The notes beneath the pieces were generated by a model, which saw only the letters and a program-made list of their open reading frames with translations, made no database searches and was not told where the DNA came from. From assembly GCA_043228905.1 (NCBI GenBank), contig JBHGNT010000017.1:2418001-2482000 (forward strand): DNA of 64,000 nucleotides. Direction: 5' to 3'. Position numbers and translations under genes: made by a program. Positions 14,201 to 22,763 of this stretch are shown here, piece by piece (the first letter of the stretch is position 1; each line of letters begins with the position of its first letter). Origin of the DNA: Azolla caroliniana. Taxonomy: Eukaryota > Plantae > Polypodiophyta.

Positions 14201-15353
14201 TCAATCGAACCTCCGGAACGTGTCGGACATCCTTCAGCAGCATCTTGCATCCGGTCGGGGTTGTCAACCACACGTCTCCTATGCCGGCTATCCGGCACGT
14301 ACCTTCATTTCCCATCCGAACACAGCCATGCTCACCGGCTGTGTAGGATGAGAAGTATCTTCTCTCCGGGGTCAGGTGGAACGATGCTCCGGAATCGACC
14401 ACCCAGGTCGTCTCATCGCCAGCAATGTTTAGTTCACCTTCTTCAGTGATGAGCATGATCTCCTCTTCACTTGCCGCGAGTGCCGTCGTTCCTTTCCGGT
14501 CCTGCCCTCGTCGATCCGAACCTCTCCGGTCCGTGGCTCCCCGGTATGCACCGTTTCTCTCCGGTGACTTCTTCGAATCGGTGTCATCGGCTCCGTTGTC
14601 CTTTCGGTAATGCCGACAATTCTTCCGGAAGTGCCCCGGCTTCCCACAGTGGAAGCATGTGGGCCTTCCTCTTGACTGCGACCGGGTCCCCGACTTCTCC
14701 CGTCTTTGCGGACTCCGGTTCCATTGTCTTCCCCGTTCCGATTCGGTAAGCAGCGCCTTCGAGTCGGAGACCGGTTCTTTATCTCTCCGTCGCGCTTCTT
14801 CGTTCAAAATGCTTGTCTTTACCGTTTGTAGAGACAAGTTATCTTCGGTGCAGGAGGTGCTGAGAGTCACAACCAAGTTCTCCCAGCTGTCCGGCAATGT
14901 ACACATCAGAATGATGGCTTGCATTGCATCCTCCAACGGGAACTTGATCGCCGCAAGCTGGTTCACGAATCCCATGAACGTGCTTACGTGTTCCACCATA
15001 CTTTCGCCGTCCCGGTACTTGAGGTTCACTATCTTTCTCATCAGGGAGGTCCGGTTCAACGCATTCTTCCTCTCGTAGAGGCCCGACAGCTTCCTCCACA
15101 TCTCATATGCGTTGGTGTCGTTCGCCACGTGTTGTAGAACGCTCACGTCGACGTATTGCCGAATGGTTGCAACGGCTTTCCGGTTCAGAAGCCTCCACTC
15201 CGTCTCAAGTACCCCCTTGGGTATTTCCGACCTGTCGATCGGTTCATACAGGTCCCGAACAATGAGCAGATCCTCCATCTTTATCTTCCAGTCGGCGTAG
15301 TTCTGCGCGTTCAGCACCATCATGCCCGGAGGCCCACTACCGCCGCCTTCCAT
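11280..15353 (-). CDS. Copia gag-pol polyprotein, 1357 aa (Gag zinc knuckle, protease, integrase, RT, RNase H)
   Basis: CFHCGKPGHFRKNC; VVDSGASFH; LWHKRLCH..C..C; VHTD/RTDNGGEY/NGLAE; LLYVDDML; FTDSD; RTKHIQRRYHWIRE. Confidence 0.97.
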   Translation of the reverse strand: MEGGGSGPPGMMVLNAQNYADWKIKMEDLLIVRDLYEPIDRSEIPKGVLETEWRLLNRKAVATIRQYVDVSVLQHVANDTNAYEMWRKLSGLYERKNALNRTSLMRKIVNLKYRDGESMVEHVSTFMGFVNQLAAIKFPLEDAMQAIILMCTLPDSWENLVVTLSTSCTEDNLSLQTVKTSILNEEARRRDKEPVSDSKALLTESERGRQWNRSPQRREKSGTRSQSRGRPTCFHCGKPGHFRKNCRHYRKDNGADDTDSKKSPERNGAYRGATDRRGSDRRGQDRKGTTALAASEEEIMLITEEGELNIAGDETTWVVDSGASFHLTPERRYFSSYTAGEHGCVRMGNEGTCRIAGIGDVWLTTPTGCKMLLKDVRHVPEVRLNLISAGRLDDEGYTGSIRNGVMKFSKGSLTVARARKVNTLYLMNARLCPEELNVAADTAGELWHKRLCHMSEKGMKRLAEDNLIPVKLVHLEKCTDCLAGKQNRTSFHSRPPTRRSAPLELVHTDVCQVETKSHGGAQYFVTFIDDHSRKLWTAPLKTKDQVLSVFKELHARVERESGKKLKAIRTDNGGEYRGQFQEYCRSKGIRLEFTVPKTPELNGLAERMNRTIMERVRSMLAHAKLPKGFWAEAMSTATYVINRSPSVPLDGDTPQRVWTGREVSYRHLKVFGCLAYVHVAKDRRGKLDPKTRPGIFLGYGDDEFGYRVWDPVDKKIFRSRDIIFMEDKTLADWESEKKMKSSKSTGEDKLYEEQSRPARDRLTLEDPAEDGEETEPAEEDETDTGTGPDPEMDSDEEETEEPVTEAPERRYPLRERRAPRRFPKPEHVLLTDEGEPESFEEAKYDTQNRRWLSAMQDEMDSLHENHTYELVELPKGKRALRNKWVFKLKPGDAGNPPRYKARIVVKGFQQKKGVDFDEIFAPVVKMTSIRTVLSIAASMDLEVEQMDVKTAFLHGDLDEEIYMLQPEGFEKKGKEHLVCRLKKSLYGLKQAPRQWYRKFDSFMTDEGYHKTQSDHCVFVKKFEGGDSLILLLYVDDMLIVGRDQVKIRMLKKALHRTFSMKDLGPARQILGMHIIRDRSKKQLWLSQEKYVTKVLQRFNMSEARPVGSTLPANCKLSSKQSPRTKAEKEDMMKVPYASAVGSLMYAMVCTRPDIGYAVGVVSRYMSNPGKEHWNAVKWILRYLKGTANVCLRFGSGKPELDGFTDSDMSADADTSRSTSGYVMTYTGGAVSWQSRLQKTVALSTTEAEYMAAVEAGKEIIWMKDFIRELGIHQEEYRLYCDSQSAIHLAKNAAYHSRTKHIQRRYHWIRERIEDKEFELTKVHMDENGSDMLTKVLTPDKLEACRKRIGLERHPMPK

Positions 15354-18300
15354 TTTCTGTGTTACCGTCGCTCTGATACCAATTTGTTAGACGACAGTGC
15401 TCGGCCACAACCGAGGAATGGGATCAACTCACACAAAAAAACAGGAAATAGGAAATGCACAGAACAATGGAGAGAAAGGTACACTGGATGTTTTACGTGG
15501 AAAACCCTAACTGGGAAAAACCACGGGAGTTCTCAAACTCCAACTATCACTATGAACAGAGATGTACAATGGTGAAGCTTCAAGGCAACAACCTTGAGCT
15601 CATGTCTTCGCCACAGGCGGCGGTAGTACACAGAGGCAGCGACCTCTTCGTCTCTCTCTCTCTCTCTCTCGGCTGCTCTCACTTCTCATGAAAAATTGAG
15701 CAACAACATAAAACTGTTTGCCCTAAGTCATATTTATACACATATGACTTTCGGGCTATTTACAAATATAGCCTCAAGGGCTCTTGGCAAACATATTCAC
15801 AAATATGTCTCCGCATCCGGATCTCTCTCCGGGTACATTCATCATCCGGTTCCGTAACCGGGGTCTTCATCATCCGGTTCCGTAACCGGGGTCTTCATCA
15901 TCCGGCTCCGTAACCGGGGTCTTCATCATCCGGTTCCGTAACCGGGGTCTTCATCATCCGGCTCCGTAACCGGGGTCTTCATCATCCGGTTCCGTAACCG
16001 GAACCGGGCTTGCCGTCATTCATCTCCGGACATCCCATCCGGAGGGACCGAAATCCCAACAAAAATCGGACAACTCCCTCTACATACGAAGCATTTCCGC
16101 AAGTCCGATCGTCATCATCTTATATGTGGATGACCTAGTCATTGGAGGTGAGCATCTCGTCGAAATCAATAAGGTCAAATCCCTCCTTTCCAACAAGTTC
16201 GAGATGACAAACATGAAGGAGCTCCACTACTTCCTTGGCATCGAGGTAATTCGGACTCCGACCGGAATCATGATCTCTCAACGGCACTACATCCTCAACT
16301 TGTTATACAAGTTCGGTATGGCTGACTGCAAATCTACGGCAACCCCGCTCAATCGCAATCTCAAACTAGATGTGAACTCCGGCACCAAAGCGTGTGAGCC
16401 GACTCAGTATCGGCAACTCATCGGGATTCTCATCTACCTCACGATCACACGACCCGATCTCAGTTATCCGGTCGGTCTCCTTAGCCAATTCATGCAAACA
16501 CCGTGTGATACTCACTTGGATTGCATTAAGCGAGTTCTACGATACGTCAGCGGCACAATGGATTGCGGCATCCTCTACAAGACCGTGATGCCAATACGAC
16601 TCGAGGGGTACACTGACACTGATTGGGCCAGCTACAAAGCTGATAGAAGATCAACCTCCGAATTTGTTTTTTCCCTCGTCAACGGAGCAATATCCTGGAG
16701 CAGCAAAAAGCAACCAACCGTCGCTCTTTCGAGCATAGAGGCGGAATACAGGGGCGCAGCAGTGGCCACATGTGAAGCTGTATGGCTCAAAAGGATACTC
16801 AAGGATCTGGGCGTACCCATCAAGGATCCGACTTCCTTTTACTGCGACAACATGAGCAGTATCTATCTGGCTCGGAACCCGGTGTTCCACGTGCGGACAA
16901 AGCACATCGAAGTTCACTATCACTTCATCTGAGAGTGCGTTCTAGCTGGCGATGTCGACCTACAACACATTAGCACCAATCTTCAAACGGCCGACATTCA
17001 CCAAGCTATGGCAATTCATGACCGATCTCAGATTGACGATCCCTGACCTGCCAAGCTTGAGGGGGCGTACTGAAGACACTACGCAATAACGCGTGGATTC
17101 CCCAACCACACAACGAAGCCGAAGCACAGACTTCGCAACTACGCACAACGCAAGCTGGAGCACGGATTCTGCAACTCTGCATAAATATGAGTCGACGCGG
17201 ACTCCGGAACGCGAGTCGAAGTGGATTTCGGATACCGTCTAAAACCACCCCGACTTGAGCTTGAGGGGGCGTGTTGAGAATCAAGCTCAACTTCGTCTAG
17301 TGTGTGAATTCACCTTGAGAGTGAATAGACACTCCAACGGTCAAGAGTCACCATTATGTCACCACTTTGTATTCTAGCATTTAGTATGAGCCATAGAATC
17401 ATATTCTATGACACATAACTTATGAGCTTTAACATTCCCCATGCTCCATCACTCTTGTAGTTAATGAAGAGAGAGGGTGACTATATAAAGCACCCTCCTC
17501 CCTCCTTGTATTGTGTTGAGTCTTTCTCCTTTGTTAATATACTTAACCTTGCGTATTCTCTGTGTCTTACTCCTTGTCTCTCTCACACACACACTCTCTC
17601 TCTCACTCACTCACATAACGCACATCTCTCACCTATTTCGCTACACAAGAATCATACCCGATTCTTTACATAACCACTACACCAGGCCGCACTGGGCAAG
17701 AGCAACCACAGAAACCCCGGTTCGTATCAGGGACGTGAAGGAACCGGTGGTGGCATTAATAGACCACGGGTCGGAAGTTAACCTGATGTCCATGGATTTC
17801 TACAAAAGAGGGAATTGGCCAATCAACACCAAACACGGATGGAAGATACGTGCGGCTACAAGAGCGACGGAAGAACCACACGGGGCTTGCCCGAACGTCA
17901 GGGTGAGCGTCGGAGACGTTGATATAAACCAACACTTTTTCGTGCAACAGACGTCCTCCCACCCGGTCATCCTCGGAGAACCATACATCACAGTGGCTAG
18001 AATGGAGATGAAAGTGTTGGACAATGGTTCAGCCTATGCGAGGGTAAAAAGTCAAGATGGCCATCATTCCGTCCAATTCTTGACCGTTCGGAAGAATCAC
18101 GAGCGGAACAGGAACACCCTCGAAAATAATGACAAGGCGGATTTTTCGAAAGGGCTATCAAGGCATGGGGCCGCGATAGTCTGGATAGCCGGAAAATTCC
18201 CCACATCTGTAAACTAAGAAGGAAAGTTTTGTTCTCTAACAACGGGGGATGTACCATAGCCAGCATCAGTGGCCGAGATACGCTCAAAGGCGTGTAGAGC

Positions 18301-19490
18301 CTTGAGTCACAATGAAGGGATTGGGGAAGCCGTGGAGGTGGTCTCGTTCGATGATACCCTTGGAGAAATCAGAAAGTTAGTCGAAGGAGGCCTAAGCAAA
18401 GACCGAGTCATACCGGTCAACTCGGTCAACATCTATGAAGTCATTGCGGACTTCGAAAGAAAAACCAGGGCGCATCGGATCGCCCGAGTAGACACCAAGT
18501 ACAAGACTGTGGACCGGAAGGTGAAGCCCGTTGCGGCTCCCTTACCGGAGGGCAGTTGGGAACGAATAAAGGGGGTCGCTACCGACCCAAGCTTGCGGGA
18601 TCTGACCGGCATAGGACACCGTTTCACCGACAAAACGCTACGAGAGCTGAAGATCGGTGGGGTTGGCTTCCTACTGCCGGCGGAAGAGGACCGGTTCAAA
18701 AGGATGCTCGAGAGGCACGGGAAAGCCTTCGCATTCTTGCCGGGAGAGATCGGGTGCGTCGACCCGACCATTGTTGAACCAATGGTGATCTTTACCGTGC
18801 CACACATGCCATGGAGTCTCAAACCGATTCAAGTACCGAGAGCTCACATGCCAATATTGATGGAACTTCTTAAGCAGAAGGTGGAGCTGGGCATCCTCGA
18901 ACCATCGAGTGCCCCTTACTCTAACCGGTGGTTTATGGTACCAAAGAAGAATGGTACGCTGCGCTTCATCCAAGACTTACAACCGGTCAACAACGTGACC
19001 ATCCGGGAGTTGGACCGTCGATTGATGAGTTCGCAGAGAAAAGATTATCAAGTACAAGGAGGTGAGATCTATAAAATATAAAAATGTACTTTCCCCCTTA
19101 AAACCATGTCTTTAGGATATAGTTTTATCTTTGACAAAACTTTCCTTTTGCTTATGTAAACAAATGCTTTTAGCTAATTAATTGCATACTTTGTTAGCTC
19201 GTTGGAAACATTCCGCAGGACATAAAAGAGGCCGTGGCAGTAATAGTCTCTGAATTGGCGGCTCCAGAAGAACAAGAATGGGGTCTCGTACTCCGGCTAA
19301 TGTAACTAATTTATAATCAGTGGTTTTCTCATCCATCAATTCGTGGCTAATGATCTTCTAATCATGGCTGTTTAGATCTTAAAGTTTGATTTAATATCTA
19401 TTCTCCCATGTCAAGAGATCAAAGAACGATATTTCTTTTGGTAGTTTTTGGTTAGATACCAACTCCTCCATCTGTTGCACGGTACACTGA

Positions 19491-19973
19491 ATCTGAGATG
19501 TGATTGCTATATAGGTAACACAAATTGTTGTTGGGTTTCTTTTATACTTTTTTAAATGAAGATTGTATCGTGTAGACATGTTGTTGTCTTCAAGGTCTTT
19601 TTTACAAATTGAGTTCATAGATACTTAAAATTAAAACCATCTCAATCATTTTCTGCATCAAATTTCGTGGAATGTTTTTTGCGAGCATGCTAAACTCAGC
19701 CCTTATTTTTATACATCTGAGATGTGATTGCTATATAGGTAACACAAATTGTTGTTGGGTTTCTTTTATACTTTTCTAAATGAAGATTGTATCGTGTAGA
19801 CATGTTGTTGTCTTCAAGGTCTTTTTTAGAAATTGAGTTCATAGATACTTAAAATTAAAACCATCTCAATCATTTTCTGCATCAAATTTCGTGGAATGTT
19901 TTTTGCGAGCATGCTAAACTCGGCCCTTATTTTTATACATCTGAGATGTGATTGCTATATAGCTAACACAAAT
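19491..19973. repeat. Tandem duplication, 224-bp unit, about 2.15 copies
   Basis: ATCTGAGATGTGATTGCTATA recurs at 19491, 19715 and 19939 with near-identical intervening sequence. Confidence 0.9.
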
Positions 19974-20442
19974 CAACTAACTTGAATGCTTGTTACCTGA
20001 GTTTCCAACTTGTTTAGATTTGTTGAGTTGAAAAGTTTCTAAATGGTGTTTTCGTGACTACAATGAGTGAATTAGTGGTATTATAGAGACATATTCCCAA
20101 CAATGTTTGGAATGTAAGATAATGGGTGTGCAATGGTCCTTAGTTTTATGGCAAGTGATCCTTAATGAAGAATGAAAACCAAACAGGTATGTGAATTGTA
20201 TGCTAAAATGCTTTTGGCAATGTAGTTGTTTTTTTGCCTATGGCATTAGTAATAAATACAGGATTACTTCTTAGTTTGGATCTTAATTTATACGTGGAAT
20301 AGTCACAATTAATGGTTATTATTCAGCTACATTTCATTTGGCATATTCATGTGAAGAGTAGAATCATATTGTTGGTTCTAATAACATGAGAGGATTTTAA
20401 TCGTAATTGTCCATGTTACAATTGTTTGTTAATTTTCACTCC

Positions 20443-20502
20443 CTCATCCCATGCACTAAGTGAGATAGCGCCACCCAACACTTCCACTCCATAAAGCAAT
20501 AC
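20443..20502 (-). mobile_element. Possible small LINE (RTE-like) RT C-terminal remnant
   Basis: Minus strand reads VLLYGVEVLGGAISLSAWDE, resembling the LLYGxEvW motif of RTE-type LINEs; very short. Confidence 0.3.
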
Positions 20503-22763
20503 TTCAACCACTAATGTTCGATATCATTAATCTCACTTTCCATCGTTAAATATCACTTTAGTTTCATCTCAATTGTACAATTACTAATCCAACCAACTTG
20601 ACCTCTAGACGTGGAGCACACATTCCATCAACTTGTTAATGAGACATAATATTAAGATATTTGAGGATTGGCGCCATTTGGATTGGTTCTTCTTTGTATA
20701 TAAAACTAGGGTAGTTTCTTGGTTGTATTGCCATCAATTTGGTTGTTCGAATTGATAGTTAGCTTGATGATTGACAAAATGTTCTTGTGCCAAAAGTTCT
20801 CGTATGTCACCATCATTCGGGAAAAATTGCGATGTGCCCTCCATTGAATTCGTTGTGTTATCTTCTTCTTACTGTAAACAAATTTGGTTCAGTGCTACCA
20901 ATTGTAAACAAATTTGCTAAATATTACTTATGACCCATTGTTATGACTAACCGTAAGGCGGAACTAGCAATTTTAGAAGATGGAAGCCAAATGGGTATCA
21001 GCTAGACTTGATGTTTAAAGACAATTGATTGTGCACGTGGGCCAAACAAAAAATTGTCTTCCATTGTTGAGGGTGGTGAAGAAACAATCCAAACAAAATC
21101 ATTGAGGTTGGGAAAAACTTCAAAGTAACAAAGAATGCAATGAGTGACTAGCCTTGTGAGACAAACTTTAACATTAGACAAGAACAGAGCATGCTTTTAC
21201 AAAAGTTTTCTGAACATAAATCACCTACTGTAATGGTTGTGTACATACTACAAACATAATTGTTTCTCCAAACGTAGAGGCTATGGATAACGAAAACTCC
21301 AAATAGTAAATAGGGAGGAATGCCTTATAATACTCTTTTTTGTAAAATGCGTATATGCACAAGTCGTAGAGCTTTGGAGTGAAAAAAACGCTTGTAGAAA
21401 GGTTGGATTGTATGGTACTATAATTATTGTTGTGCTGTCAGGTGTGAAAAAGGGAGGAAGGTTTTAAGGTCACTGTAGTACAGATAGAGAGATATATTAG
21501 TTCATATAGAGAGAGATATATCTCTATCCAGTCTTTGAAATCAATCAGTCAAAAGTCTTTCTTTTGGAAGGACAATATGAGAACCTTTGGTCTTTGAAAA
21601 CCCTCATTTTGTAAGAAAAATTATACATTCCAAATGAAACTTTTCTAGGAAGAGGTTACGATGTACGTGGACACAGAAAATACTGTGTCCCATTTTTACG
21701 GAGAAGACTTCATAGCCACGCGCTCCTTATTTCTCTGTGGGTCCGCATTAGTGGTCCATAGCTATGGTCATAGTTGGTGGCCGTCGTGCCCAGAAAATGT
21801 AAATAATGCACGACTTGAACAAGCGATGGGTAGTGTAGGGTTGTTACATAACTCCTCGTTTGCCTAGCTACCCGCAATTCTCTTTATGCGTCCTCTTGGT
21901 TGGGGTATATATACCCATGATTCTTCTTGTAAGAATTTGATTACATGTAGCATGTCGAGGAAGTGATCATGGGTGTATGTATAGATATGCCACGTGATGC
22001 CTTCTACATATACAATCCATGACTTTGTATATATATTCTTTCTCCATGTCCCTATCGTTTCTGCTTTGTATATATCCATGAATCCTCTACCCCATTTGTT
22101 ATTCCCATTATGTATATCTACTCCTATTACACCGATGTTTACCTTTGCCACACCACACGTCCAATCATGTTCTCTTATTCACACCATCTATGATATGTTT
22201 CTATGATATCCATGAAGCACAACCGAAGGAGTCAAAAAGTAAGTGGAGCCCACAAGCTATTATGAACAAATATGAACAAGTTCTAGTACCACTTACTAGC
22301 GAAGAAAGTCACTAATGTACAATTTATTGTACAAACTATCATTACTGTATATGTGTGTATGATTGTATATATATGTGTGTGTATATATGCTTTGTGTGTG
22401 TGCGCGCATTTAATTAACTTATGTGAATAACCCAAAATCCTACATATCAGGAATCAAAGTGCTCACTGAAGAACCTATGCTCAGTTTATATGATCGCATG
22501 ATACTTTCCAACTTGTAAAATCATTAAATTTTAGCCGGTGTCACTAAATGATGCATGTTCTTTGTGTCATTTAGCAATGCCTTTTAGGAAAATAAGGCAT
22601 ATCGCTATCTCAGTTGTTTGTTCTAGTGAGTTTATTGACAAATCGCTCTTGATAACTACCCTTCCCATCTTGAAACGTATTCATTCCATTGGTGTTGTTG
22701 ATTTCTTCTACTCCAAAGTTCCCACCTCTTTCACTCACTCCATCTTATCCAACACTCCAGGAG

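Larger units (their letters stand above)
10593..16061 (-). mobile_element. Element F: intact, recent Ty1/copia retrotransposon (Tnt1/Tork-like); 677-bp LTRs 10593-11269 and 15385-16061
   Basis: LTRs identical by eye; TSD AAAAT on both sides; PBS TGGTATCAGAGC (15370-15381, minus); PPT 11270-11280; single open polyprotein. Confidence 0.97.
1308..17670 (+). mobile_element. Element A: degenerate Ty1/copia retrotransposon (LTRs 1308-1700 and 17272-17670)
   Basis: TGTTGAGAATC...CTTTACA LTR pair; PBS TGGTATTAGAGC (tRNA-iMet type) 1701-1712; PPT about 17261-17271. Gag/PR/INT/RT/RH fragments with stops at 1863-2372, 7910-10592 and 16067-17070. Flanks GAGCC/TAACC are an imperfect TSD. Confidence 0.93.
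542..19040 (+). mobile_element. Element E: truncated Ty3/gypsy internal region (gag end 542-1307; protease and RT start 17671-19040), split by Copia A
   Basis: Reading joins across A (EDELAES|HYTRPHWARATTETPV). Protease motif ALIDHGSEVNL and RT motif YSNRWFMVPKKNGTLRFIQDLQPVN; homologous to element D. Confidence 0.85.

Noticed and set aside
1303-17675. Imperfect TSD of A (GAGCC versus TAACC) as evidence of a chimera
   Set aside because: The host frame is continuous with an exact 5-bp duplication; two substitutions explain it.
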